Below, one piece after another: positions 46,990 to 58,741 of a stretch of 64,000 bases of DNA. The stretch covers positions 2,232,001 through 2,296,000 of the forward strand of contig OZ251223.1 of NCBI GenBank assembly GCA_965240325.2, given 5' to 3'. The DNA comes from Rebecca billardiae RCC1528 (taxonomy: Eukaryota; Protista; Haptophyta). The translations under genes were made by a program, and so were the position numbers. The notes below the pieces were generated by a model. That model was not told the origin of the DNA, did no database searches, and saw only the letters and a list, made by a program, of their open reading frames with translations. Each line of letters begins with the position of its first letter. Position 1 is the first letter of the stretch.

Positions 46990-47953
46990 CCAAAGCGCAC
47001 AGTACGCGCGCCGTGCAGAGGTGAGCTCGGGCACGACAGACGGTCCGCGCGCGTCTCCGTCTTGACCGAGAACTTCATCGCGGTGGCGATGGCGGACTCG
47101 TGCTTGGCCGCCGCCTGCCGTGGCGTGATCTCGCTCGACGACGCACCCGGAGGCGGTGACGCGCACGGGCAGGCGCTGCTCGCATGCCCGTTCCTCACCC
47201 ACTCGCAGATGCCGAGCGCGCGGCATGCGGTGCACTGTGCCAGCGCTGGCGCGGGGCACGCGCGCGCGCTCGCGCTGCCGCCATCGCCCGCGCCGGACTT
47301 CTTCGTCTTCTTCTAGGTGGGCGTCGAGCCCATCGACGGCGGTTCCATCTCTCGCCGCTGCTGCCGTACCCGCGTGCTCTGCGGGCGCGGCCGCGGCCGC
47401 CGGCGCCGGCACCTCGAGACCAGGCAAGAGGCGTGCCGCGGCCGCGACGAGCGCGGGCATCAGGTCGCCAGCCGTCACCTGGCCGTCGAGAGGCTTGAGC
47501 GCATCCTTGTGCGCCGCCGACAGCGCGCACACCGCCGGGCGTACGAGCAGCTGCCGCACGGAGCACACAGCTGTCGCGGGCTGGCTGCATCCACATCACA
47601 TTTCGAAACACCCGCTTCCGCTCGGCGCCAGCGCCGCGCCACTCAACCGCGGTTTCGATCGAGCGGAAGTGGGCGGGCTCGCGGACCACCTCGAAGCCGA
47701 CGACGAGGCCGAGCGCATCTGCGGCGCCGGGAAGCAGGAACCCGCCGGTGCCCTTGCATTTGGCCGGCGTCGGGAACCAATCCGCCACGCGCACAGCATG
47801 GAGCGCAATCGCTCCAGGAGCGGGCGCGCCTGCGAAGCGGAGGTCGCCCCCAGCACCGGCTGTGAAGCGGGCAGTGTACACGGACAGCGCGCCGTCCTCG
47901 CGCGCGAGGATCACGCCGTCTGGGAGGCCGTCAGTCAGATTGACGCGCGCCAT
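46990..47953 (-). pseudogene. Frameshifted ORF ending in a CCHC-like knuckle (possible gag/ORF1 relic)
   Basis: Coding-like segments in different frames and an in-frame TAG near 47313, then CTACRALGICEWVRNGHASSACP. Confidence 0.4.
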
Positions 47954-48106
47954 GCCCGCCGCAGCGGCGCAAGCGCCTTTGGCGACGGCGAGGCGAACGC
48001 CTGGCCTGACGCCGTTGGCGCAGCAGGCGGCGCGCCGAAGACACCCCCCCCACTGGGGGGGGGGTGTCGTCCGCTCCGGACCGGTTCGGGGGTTGACGTC
48101 CCAAGC

Positions 48107-48221
48107 CAAGGGCGGTAAGGGCTGTCAACTCCTGACCAGTGGCCAGCGGCAGCGCCAGAGCTTTGTAGCTTGCTCTGGCGCTGCCGCCACTGGTCAGGAG
48201 TTGACAGCCCTACCGCCCTTG
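48107..48221. repeat. 115-bp hairpin/MITE-like palindrome
   Basis: CAAGGGCGGTAAGGGCTGTCAACTCCTGACCAGTGG...CCACTGGTCAGGAGTTGACAGCCCTACCGCCCTTG. Confidence 0.9.
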
Positions 48222-48279
48222 CACGCACGGCTGCTGCGCGGCGCAGCGTCTCAAGCGTGCTCGCCGCGGCTCCGCCCAA

Positions 48280-50580
48280 GGCTTCATCCGGTTGCCACAT
48301 TAAGCCTTTGACCACCTGCCACATTAAGGGCCCCGCGACCGGCTGCCACATTAATTTAAGGCGACCGGCTGCCACATTAAGGATCCGCGCCAACGCGCGC
48401 ACGGCCACCGACACGCCACGCGCGGAGCGATGCGCCGATGGTCTTCGGCTCGGTCGCAAACGTCCTGAACCGCGCTGGCCTGGTCAGTCGCCCTTTGCTC
48501 GACGCAGTCGTGCACTGGCCGGCGGAGGCAGTGGCGCCGGGCGTCGGGAAGCACTTCGAGTTCCTCGGTGAGGCTGGCGAGCCCGCGCCCGACAAGAAGC
48601 AGCGTGGCGGCGCGCGCGCGCCGTGCTCGCGGTGAAGTACGTGCTGCTCGCGAAGGGAAAGCAGTTCAAGCAGGGACACCTCGAGCACTCGGTAGATGAT
48701 CTCGCCGTGCTCGCCGCTGACGGCCAGCGTGCGAAGCGCGCTGCTGGCATACACGGCGTTGAGCAGGTCACCGTGCGAGAGTGCTCCGTCAGACCCGTGG
48801 CCAAGGCCCTTGTCGATCAGCTGCGCTGAAGGGCGCGCGCAAGAGTGCGTGATGGAGGTCAGTTCCAGGCAGGCTCCATGTTGGCTGCAGCGCTGCGTCT
48901 GCGCAGCATGCCCCCGCACGCGCGTCTGCGGGCGCACGCCTGCGCTCATCTGCAACCTGCGCTCGAGCTCAGCCTTGAGCGCGCTCAGCGTGCCCTTCAG
49001 CAGCTCGAGCTGTTCCTCCTTGCGCCGCGCGTCCGCGTGCGCCGCGAGTAGGTGCTTGTTCAGCGGCTGCACCTGCACCGCCGCGTGCTCGACGCTTGCC
49101 TCGACCACCTCAACACGCACGCGCTCGCCGACGCGCTCCAGGGACTGCTGCGTCAGCTCATGCGCACAGTGGAGCGCCAGAGCGACACCTCCGCGCCGTC
49201 CACAGCGCTTATCGCCGGGCTGAGCGCTATGGAGAGCTACACGTGTGCCGGGGGCTCGAGCCCGACGACGCGAACGCAGTTCACCTCGCTGTACGACGAA
49301 CGCCACCTCGAGCGCACGAGCGCATGCGTCTACAGCGGGAGCACCGACGGCCGCTCCGGCAGGCTCGCCGCCGACTTCCCCAGTAGTAACTAGCATATCA
49401 AAGCCGTCTTCGGTAGCGCGCGAGGCTGGCTACAATACGGTGATGCTACACAACATGGGTTGCGTCACGCGCAGCACCACATGAGCGGCCGGCAGCGGCG
49501 TACCATCGGCTGAGCTGTTCCTGAGTCACTGTTCCTCTGCAGAGGAACGTGCACGCGCGCGTCGACGAGCACTTACGCGCTCCGCGGCCTTCGGCACCTT
49601 GACATCATTGCGCGTGCGCATGACAGGCGCGGATGATTGCGCACTTGCGTGTCCGTTAGCGGCGCGCACGATCCGCGAGCACCGTCCGCCGGGGCCTTGC
49701 CATTGTCGACCTTGGACGGCGCACGGCGCACGGCGGCGCGCTCGCAGATTCGGTCGGGTAGCCCTCGCTGGACATGTGCTGGCCTCTGTTGCTCCGCTGC
49801 TCATCGGACCGGGTGCCAATCAGTGGCCCACAATTGACGACCCGTTCGCCTGCCCCGCATGCTCGCACACGGGATGACTCAGCCTGGAGCCACCCCGGTC
49901 GAGATTTCGGGATGTCAAAGCAGTGGCCGAGCATGCGCTCAAGCGCTCTCGTCCGCATGGAGCGTGACCTCTACCGTTCTACCGTCTGAGCGTCTGCCGT
50001 CACATGAGTCGGACAAGTCCCCAAAGCTGGGTGCAACCAGTCCATCGGGAGTAGCCGCCAGGCCTCCCGCCACCACCGCAGCCGCGCCGCCCAGGGTTGT
50101 GAGTCCTGGGATTACCCGGGGTGGTCAGGCTGGCGCGCACGCTCGCGGACGCTTGGAACCCGCGCTCCCGCGCTGCGTCGCGTGTCACCCCTCGATCGTC
50201 GCCCCACCGCCACCTCTTCCATCCCATCACCACCTCTTCCTCGACATCCTCGGCCTTCGCCGCAGCACCGACGCCCCCGCGCGCGGCCGCTGTGGCAGCG
50301 GGCGATCCGCGTGCGCTGCGCCGCCGCGCCGCCGCGCCGCCCAGAGTTGTGCAGCGCGGCCTGTGAGTCCTGCGAGCTGCCCTGTGTGGTCAGGCTGGTG
50401 CGCACGCTCGCGAACGCTTCGAACACTCGCTGCATAGCGTGTCGCCCCTCGATCGCCGCCCCACCGCCGCGTTTTCCTCTACGCACGGCGGCCGTCGCCG
50501 CCGCACGAGCGCCCCGCTCGCGGGCCGCGCGCCTTAATGTGGTGGCGGGATTCGGCTTAATGTGGTAACCGGCTGAAGTC
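48280..50580. mobile_element. Mutator-like (9-bp TSD) element with decayed internal ORF
   Basis: TIR GGCTTCATCCGGTTGCCACATTAAGCC / GGCTTAATGTGGTAACCGGCTGAAGTC, with TCCGCCCAA at 48271-79 and 50581-89. Subterminal CCACATTAA repeats. Confidence 0.88.
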
Positions 50581-50646
50581 TCCGCCCAAGCTTGCGTGTG
50601 TTCAGTGTTGCGTCCAAGAAAGTCGTCGCGCGAAAACACGACTGTC

Positions 50647-51810
50647 ATGATGGCGCTCCCACTCGCTCTCGCGCTCGTCCCGGCGCTCGTCCAGCGCCCA
50701 TCGCCGCCGTCCGGGGTCACCCGACGCTCAGCAGTCTCGCTCGTGCCGCAGCTTGGGACGCTAGCCCTGACGGGGGCTGGCGTCGAGCGCGCCTCGCAGC
50801 CTGCGCTCGCAGCCCCAGCACAGGCTGCGTCCTCCCTCTCCATCCCGCCCTTTGGCGTGGGCGCATGGGCCTGGGGCGACACGCTCTTCTGGGGCTACGA
50901 CCAGAAGAAGGACGGCGACCTGAGCGAGGTCTTCGACTATTGCGTCGACAACGGCGTGACCTTCTTCGACACCGCCGAGGTGTACGGGCTCGGGCGCTCT
51001 GAGCAGCTGCTCGGACAGTTCTGCAAATCGAACGCAAAGGCCAAAGACGTCACCATCGCGACAAAGTTCGCCGCGCTGCCGTGGCGGACGAAGGCATCGG
51101 ACGTCATTGACGCGGCGCGCCGGTCGACGGACCGGCTCGGCAGGCCCATCGACCTGTACCAGATCCACTTCCCCAGCCCGTGGGCCAACGAGAAGTACTG
51201 GGATGGCCTCGGCCAGGCGGTCGACGAGGGCTTGGTCCGCGCGGCAGGGGTCAGCAACTACGGCGTCGACGCCCTCCGCGCGTGCCACGAGAAGCTACGC
51301 TCGCGCGGCGTCAAGCTGCAGACCAACCAGATCCAGCTCTCGCTGCTCTACCCGTACGCGCTCTCGAACGGCTTGAAAGCGGCGTGTGATGAGCTCGGTG
51401 TGAACGTGCTGAGTTACTCGCCGTTGGCCCTCGGGCTCCTCACGGGCAAGTACACCGCCGAGCGTTTGCCCAGCGGCCCGCGCAAGGGCCTTGCCGAGAA
51501 GTATTTCGCCGATCCGGCGTTTGGAGAGCTCACCGCGGCGATGGCCGAGGTCGGACGCAAGTCGGGCGGCGCGAATCCGGCGCAGGTCGCGCTCGCGTGG
51601 TGCATCGCAAAGGGCACGACGCCGATCCCAGGCGCGCGCACACTTTCGCAGGCCCAAAACAACCTGGGGGCGCGCTCGGTCAAGCTCACTGCGGCGGACG
51701 TGGCCACGCTTGATGCGAAAGCGGCTGCCATCAAGCCCGTCCTCTCGCCGGCGATGGCACCGTTCCCCAAGGAGGACATCCAGACGCATCTGCGCATGTT
51801 CGATTCGTGA
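50647..51810 (+). CDS. Aldo/keto reductase, probably plastid-targeted
   Basis: GVGAWAWGD, FFDTAEVYG, IATKF, IDLYQIH, GVSNY, YSPLALGLLTGKY, PIPGA; hydrophobic leader. Confidence 0.95.
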   Translation: MMALPLALALVPALVQRPSPPSGVTRRSAVSLVPQLGTLALTGAGVERASQPALAAPAQAASSLSIPPFGVGAWAWGDTLFWGYDQKKDGDLSEVFDYCVDNGVTFFDTAEVYGLGRSEQLLGQFCKSNAKAKDVTIATKFAALPWRTKASDVIDAARRSTDRLGRPIDLYQIHFPSPWANEKYWDGLGQAVDEGLVRAAGVSNYGVDALRACHEKLRSRGVKLQTNQIQLSLLYPYALSNGLKAACDELGVNVLSYSPLALGLLTGKYTAERLPSGPRKGLAEKYFADPAFGELTAAMAEVGRKSGGANPAQVALAWCIAKGTTPIPGARTLSQAQNNLGARSVKLTAADVATLDAKAAAIKPVLSPAMAPFPKEDIQTHLRMFDS

Positions 51811-52299
51811 GCGCACTCACTAACTAAATACGTACATAATTTGCTGACAGAATTTACGCCGACAGAATTTACGAGGCCACATCATGCACGGACGGTATTC
51901 AATCTGAAGATGATGACGATGCACTACAGTTTACTATATATATATATATATGTTATTTAGTAACGTGCACACTTGGTTAAGGCGTTACGGATTATTGACG
52001 CCGCATCCAACACTGCACAAAGACACCGCCACAAAACAGACCGGCGCAGGCAGGTGAGGGGCGCGTTCACGGCGTTGCCGCACCGTAAGCGGTCCGCCTT
52101 GCAGAGTGTCAGAAGAATAATTATAAGCAGCACAGTAACTATATAGAATAATATATGGCGAATCGATTCGTCACTATTCAGTACCGGTACGAATGATGGT
52201 ATCAGCAGTCATGTTTCATGCATACATCTGAGCCGCACGCCCGCACTCGGATGATCCGTCGGTGCCGATTCTGAGCAGTCGCCACATATATATATATAT

Positions 52300-53981
52300 G
52301 TCTAGCCACTCCGCCATGCCCGGCTCGTACAAGGCGTCGGGTACGAATGGACTCTGGAGCTGGATGGTCGCGGCGCGCGGCGTCGTGGAGTAGACAGACC
52401 ACAATGATCAATCATGGAACGATCAGGTTAGCTATGTTGGGATTTGAGCAACGAACGACAGCGGGCGCTGGCAGCGGCGTGGAACGACAGCGGGCGCTGG
52501 CAGCGGCGTGGCGGTTGAGCTGCTGCCCGAGGTCGAGAGGGCGCCCGCGAGTCGTCAGTCACTGAGCAAGGTCGACTAAGGCTGATGGCTCGCTGACACT
52601 GCAGTGCTTCCATATCCGCCAGAGGCCGAGGGTGGGCGGGCGGGCAAACGATGAAGCGTGCGGGTTGACGCGACAGCGGCGAGAGCAAGAGACCATTGCA
52701 TGAGGGGCGACGCGGCGAAGACAGATGATGACGTCGCGCCGCCGAACGATCAGGCGGGGAGCCGGGCCACACAGACAGCCAGCGACCTTACCGAGCAGAG
52801 GGGCTGCGGCGACTGCGGTGCACCTCCTGCAGCGGAGCGTGCACCCGGCAGTGCCCGATGCAGGCGATTCCCTTGCCCAGCTCGGCGCCTTCGTCGTGAG
52901 CAGCCCCATGGCGCCCCCGAGAGTGAAGCCTGATCGATCCGATGTGAGCGGTAACCAACCGAGTCCTGCAGGTGCGCCGCTGTGGGCCAGATTGGCAGCG
53001 CACCAGGACTCCTGCGCGCGGCGGTGCGCACAGGACAACGCAGGAATGCCGTGCGAGCCGGATTCTTGGCGTCGCTCATAGACACTCAGTTATAGGTTCC
53101 CTATAACGCCACGTCTAGCCACTCCGCCATGCCCGGCTCGTACAAGGCGTCGGGTACGAATGGACTCTGGAGCTGGATGGTCGCGGCGCGCGGCGTCGTG
53201 GAGTAGACAGACCACAATGATCAATCATGGAACGATCAGGTTAGCTATGTTGGGATTTGAGCAACGAACGACAGCGGGCGCTGGCAGCGGCGTGGCGGTT
53301 GAGCTGCTGCCCGAGGTCGAGAGGGCGCCCGCGAGTCCCGTTTATAAGTTGGAGCGGGCGTCCAAGTAGTCGTTGATGAATCCCGTTTAGAAATAGAAGA
53401 GACGAGGACTGCGCGGCCGCGCGCGCACGATCGATCGCGACGCGCGGCGAGCAGACACGCGTCAGAGTGCGCCGCACCCGCGCGACGCACGGGCGCGAGG
53501 CGAGCGCGTATCTCAAACGATGAAGCGTGCGGGTTGACGCGACAGCGGCGAGAGCAAGAGACCATTGCATGAGGGGCGACGCGGCGAAGACAGATGATGA
53601 CGTCGCGCCGCCGAACGATCAGGCGGGGAGCCGGGCCACACAGACAGCCAGCGACCTTACCGAGCAGAGGGGCTGCGGCGACTGCGGTGCACCTCCTGCA
53701 GCGGAGCGTGCACCCGGCAGTGCCCGATGCAGGCGATTCCCTTGCCCAGCTCGGCGCCTTCGTCGTGAGCAGCCCCATGGCGCCCCCGAGAGTGAAGCCT
53801 GATCGATCCGATGTGAGCGGTAACCAACCGAGTCCTGCAGGTGCGCCGCTGTGGGCCAGATTGGCAGCGCACCAGGACTCCTGCGCGCGGCGGTGCGCAC
53901 AGGACAACGCAGGAATGCCGTGCGAGCCGGATTCTTGGCGTCGCTCATAGACACTCAGTTATAGGTTCCCTATAACGCCAC
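52300..53981. mobile_element. Head-to-tail dimer (52300-53112, 53113-53981) of an element with a terminal hairpin, embedded in (AT)n
   Basis: Units run GTCTAGCCAC...GTTATAGG-TTC-CCTATAAC-GCCAC, with (AT)n on both outer sides. Confidence 0.8.
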
Positions 53982-56603
53982 ATATATATATATATATATA
54001 TCGTCGTAATAGTAGTAGGCTACTACGACTCAGCCAATCGCGTTTTCCAATAATTCCGGATCGGAAGGACCGTACTCCGTGACCGTAGCCAATCAACGCG
54101 CACGCGCGCTGCCGGCAGCCATCGACGTCGCAGTCGATTTCATCACCCGACGAAGTAATTATATTGATGGCAACGCTTGATGAATTGATTGAATCTTGAT
54201 GACGAATTGCCGAATTCCGTGCTGCTATGCTCGGTATTAATTATATGATCGGCTACGCCGATCTTCGGGTAGTAAACAACGAAGTTGAGGGCGCACGGCC
54301 CTGTTTCTAGTTGTCGCGTTCTTCATCACCGAATCACGTTGCGCGCGCGCCCGGCGCGTCGCCGTGCACGAGGGCGACTGCGAGCACGGGCGAAAGGGGA
54401 GCACGGCGTCGCCCGTAGCATATGCCACCTCGCCATCGTCGCGGACTCGGGCGCTCGCAGATCTAAGCCTGTGGCTCGTCTCGTCGGTCGGGCAGTCAGG
54501 CATCCGTCGAGTGATGACTGCGTCAGACGACTGCGCGTTGCAGCCGCAGCCATACCGTACATAACTACGCTCTCAGCGGGACTACGCGCGAGTTGTTCTG
54601 CCTTCTAACGGTGCCGGCACGTGGCGCGATCCGATTCTGGCGTCATTATCACTTGACGACTCGACTGATCACGACGAGTGGCCCTTCTCAAGCAAGTGCA
54701 GCGCAGCATTAGAAGTATAGCCTACACTACTCGTCCGTCATCGTCTGGTTCCCCTGAGAAGTCTTCTGGAATGCATCAGCGACATGCTCCCGCAGCCTGG
54801 TCAGTGGTCCAAGCCAGTCACATCCGGCAGCCTGACATCATCCCACATGCCGCGCGGGCAGAGAGGCGCGCTATGCCCACGCGACTGGCTTCCTAGAAGC
54901 TGCCGTGACGGAACGAGTGTCAGCAGTGGACCGCCGGCCGGTGCCGCGCGCCGCACCGCCGGGCCCAATGGCAACGAACACCCGGTGGCCGGCGGTGCGG
55001 CCCTAGGCTAGTGCGGCGGATCTATCGCGTATAACGACCGGCAGTGACGCGCTCTGCACCACGTACATTCGGACGCGGCAATGAGCAGCATGCACCACCG
55101 TCCGGCCGTCTCAGGTCGCTGTCGTCGGCAGCCAGCCGGTGCCGGGCACGGTGGCGCCGGGCGCTCGCAGCTGAAGGACCGCGATCAAGGATTGATTGCC
55201 AAGTCGTCAGCCGACGACTGGGAAGTTGAGCCTGATGCTGCCCGCTGCCGGTTCGCGGGACGAATGACGAGCAGCCTATGGTCCGTTGCTGGCTCTGCCA
55301 GGCCACTGGCAGCCCCCAGGCGCAGGCTGCCTCCTCCGAGTCAAGCTCAGCAAGACAGGCCCCCGCCCAAACGACACTGCCCACCTCGCCAGGCAAATGT
55401 GCCTATCCTAGCACCAACTGGCAGGCAGGCTCAGCCTGCGCAGCGGAGCACGCTACCCCTGCAAAGAGCAGCAGGAAGAGGCGCGCACTGAACGACACCT
55501 CCCCAGGCGTATATTAGCCATCGCCACCACTCTGCTTGCGTCCTACAGCGGCCCACGCCCTGACTTGATGCCCGATGTCGCACACATGTCTGACATACCC
55601 CCCTCTGCCTCCATAGCAGCACGAGTGAAATACAGGCGCCTCACAGCCAGGGCCAGTGGCCCAGACCCCTGCCCAGCTACTGTGGGCTCGCTGACAGTCC
55701 CCTCCGTCCCCTTCCCGGCCTTCCCCGCACAGGGATCGGCTAGAGGCTGGCCCTCTGCCCACACTGGGGCACCCTAGGGGGTGCCCCGTCTGCCGACTCG
55801 GCTCACACTCTGACGATGATCTCGAATTGCAAGGCAGTGCACTGCTTGTACCTGGGACCACCCCACAGTGTTGGGCTTGTATGCTGTTGGCAATGGCATA
55901 CCCCCGCCCCCTCTCACTCTCTGGAGGCGGGCTGTCCACAGTGGAGTGGTGTCAAGGCGCTAGGTGTCTCCGGGTCAGTGGACCGAGTGGTTTGAGGTCA
56001 CACTGGGTCGCCGCCAGTCTGATCACCCGGAGCCCGTTATAAAGGGGAATTTGTTAGAACTTAGGTAGAGATGTCTTTGTCCTATTTGAGTTCGCATTCT
56101 TCTATTACTTACTATCCAAAAGAATAAGGGGCAGTACAAACGCAATCATTGGCAGCGATATGCGGTGTCTATGCGTAACTTTTCACATCTAAATCAACGA
56201 CCTACAAAAATCCCCAAAATCCTGCGCGCATCCTCTTTTTTGATTTTGCGGAGCACGTGCGCCGCCCCCCCCCTCGGCTTTCGCTCACGCTCAGACCTTT
56301 CGGGGGGGGGGGGGGGGGTGCGCCATAATAAGCTTGCTGATCGTAGCAGACAAGCAGTCTGATGCGGCTACAATACGGCCGACCGACTGCCGGTCTGATG
56401 CGGCTACAATACGCCTACGGCCGACCGCGATTTCATCTGGATGCGGCGGGTGACGACTCCGCGAGTCCGATTCCGACGTCGGAGTCGGTTACTGCTCCAG
56501 ACAGACCTAGCTATTATAATGTTTAAATAGTTCAGTGAAGCCTACTCATCATTAATTAGTGTCAGTACTTACCGGCCGATGATACCGAATCGATCTCATG
56601 TTA

Positions 56604-57392
56604 CTACGATTCGGTCGACTCATACAGCGGCACACGACCACGCAATGCTACCGCCCTGCTCTTGGTGGGAGAAATCCTTGACGACGAGCCCGAGCGCCGC
56701 TTCATGAGAGCCAACTCGGGTGGTGGTGGCTGCCATCGCCTCGACCACAGCTTGGATGGCGAGTCTGGGGACATGAGCTGGCGCGGCATGTGCAGGACAT
56801 CCACGGAGGCGGCAGCGGCCGACGGCTGCAGTATCGTGCGCAGGGCGCGTGTCCACTGGTAGAGCTCGAACCGCGTGCCCACGCGGAACACGTAGCGCAG
56901 CATCTCACCGTGCACCCTGGACGGGTCGATGAAGTCGACTGCAAACACGTGCCGCCGCCGCCAGGTGGCAATGACCGCCACTCTTCGCATGTGCGCGTAC
57001 GGCAGGCCTTTGATCACGGTAGAGGCGCCATGCATCTTGTGCTCCGGAATCTCCTCGCGCGTCCAGCAAAGTCCTTTGTCGCTGAGAAAGGCGTATCGTC
57101 GCGAGCCAAAGGCCTGGAATCCAAAGCCAGCGTAAGGCGAGTACTTCACCACCGCGCCGCGAGTCGTCTGCATATACGACCTTCGCCGCCTCTCCGCCGC
57201 GAGCTCAGCCCACACCATGCGGCCTGCGCGTCGCCAACGGTGCGCCGCACGTCGTCGGCGCGCCGCACGCTGCCGCCTCAACGCGTTGAAGGCCACACCA
57301 ACGTAGATCATCGATCGAGCCACGTCGACCAACTCGCCCTCCGGGAGCGCCAGTGCGCGCCTCGCGCGCGGCGCCGCCACGGCATTCCCCAT
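56604..57392 (-). CDS. PH-like domain protein with possible N-myristoylation (MGN)
   Basis: GAVVKY...RRYAFLSDKGLCW...RYVFR...ELYQWTRAL. Confidence 0.7.
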   Translation of the reverse strand: MGNAVAAPRARRALALPEGELVDVARSMIYVGVAFNALRRQRAARRRRAAHRWRRAGRMVWAELAAERRRRSYMQTTRGAVVKYSPYAGFGFQAFGSRRYAFLSDKGLCWTREEIPEHKMHGASTVIKGLPYAHMRRVAVIATWRRRHVFAVDFIDPSRVHGEMLRYVFRVGTRFELYQWTRALRTILQPSAAAASVDVLHMPRQLMSPDSPSKLWSRRWQPPPPELALMKRRSGSSSRISPTKSRAVALRGRVPLYESTES

Positions 57393-57634
57393 GCAAGCCT
57401 GCTCGAAAAGGGGCGGACCTGGCCGGGCTTCCTGGGACCGCTGGTCACCCCTTTGTGCCTCTCCGGAGGCTACGGGGCGAACGGCGGAGGAAATGTTCTT
57501 TCGCGCGCGGGAAATCGATGAGCCGGTGATTTGTTTTTTTTGATATAATAAAAGTGGCCCGCGCCGGAAGGCGCGCGGGCGGCCGGACCGGACCGCAGTG
57601 GCAAGCTTGCCGTGACCGAAGGACTCGCGGCGCC

Positions 57635-58094
57635 ATGGGGGCAGGCTCGAAATTTCCGTAAGGCGCATTCGTTCGCGCGTTGCAGCCGATCATGGCTCTG
57701 AGCGCCTGGCGCCCTGCTGACCCTACGCCTTTGGTGCCCTGGACACCCTCTCTTCCTCGCGCGCAGGTACCCCAAGTGGGTGTGGACACCCTACGGTGGC
57801 TGGTGGTGTGAGCCGCCGAATTGGCGGGCGAACACGGCCATAGCCATGGCCGGGCTCTTCGTGACTCTGGGGTGCATCTTCTCCTTGTCCGCCTCAGTCG
57901 AGGTGCGCTGCATACACGCCGCCGTGCCCTGCGCCAGCCAGCTGCGGCTGTCTAACATTCTCCACGTGCGCCTCCTCTGTACGCGCGTCGCGCAGCGGAG
58001 GCCAAACCCACCAGTCCGGCCCATCCCGTCCGAGGCCTGGTCGAAGTGGGCTATCGTCGACCGTGCCAACGGCGAGGCGCGCAAGACATGGTGA
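57635..58094 (+). CDS. Mitochondrial complex I accessory subunit, NUUM/NDUFB6-like; introns 57658-57766 and 57903-57995
   Basis: Spliced product MGAGSKFPYPKWVWTPYGGWWCEPPNWRANTAI-(TM)-ERRPNPPVRPIPS. GT-AG introns. Confidence 0.8.
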
Positions 58095-58641
58095 GTGCTG
58101 CGCTATACGTCCCCCACTACGCCAGCCGGGCGTGGGGCGCGCACTTTGGCACCACTGCGCAACGCTGGTGCCTGGATTTCTTCCGATTCAGAGACGGCGA
58201 GCCTGCCGTGCGTTCTCGCGCGACCAGTCACCTGAAAGGCGCCCCATACGCCATGCTGAGCATGCGGCGGACGACCTACCCAATCACGGCGGAGAATTCC
58301 GTCTCCGACGCACAGTTCGATCCACACGCTGGCCGCGTGGCGCCATCCGACGCGCTGTTCGGCAACGCGGCAGCGGCTGCGGCCCGCGGCCGGCCGGACT
58401 CGGAGGCCGTTGCCCTTCCTCGGAGTCTTAACGACGACCGCAGTGAGCCTCAGCCCGAGCATCAGCCGAACAATCTGCGACGATGATGAGTGTGCAGACT
58501 ATGAAGTCCGCCTACTGTGTCTGCCTCACATATGTCTGGCCCGATCTGCCAGTCCTCACTCCGATCCGCCCGCCCCGGAGGTGACGAGTCCGATCTGGAT
58601 TCTGGGCCCGCCCGCCGCGCGGACTTGTGACGATACGACGA

Positions 58642-58741
58642 NNNNNNNNNNNNNNNNNNNNNNNNNNNNNNNNNNNNNNNNNNNNNNNNNNNNNNNNNNN
58701 NNNNNNNNNNNNNNNNNNNNNNNNNNNNNNNNNNNNNNNNN
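58642..58741. other. Assembly gap (100 N)
   Basis: Run of N. Confidence 1.

Noticed and set aside
56040-56120. Polypurine tract plus LTR start (AAAGGGGAATT-TGTTAG)
   Set aside because: There is no second LTR or pol, and the other copy of the motif is not followed by TG.
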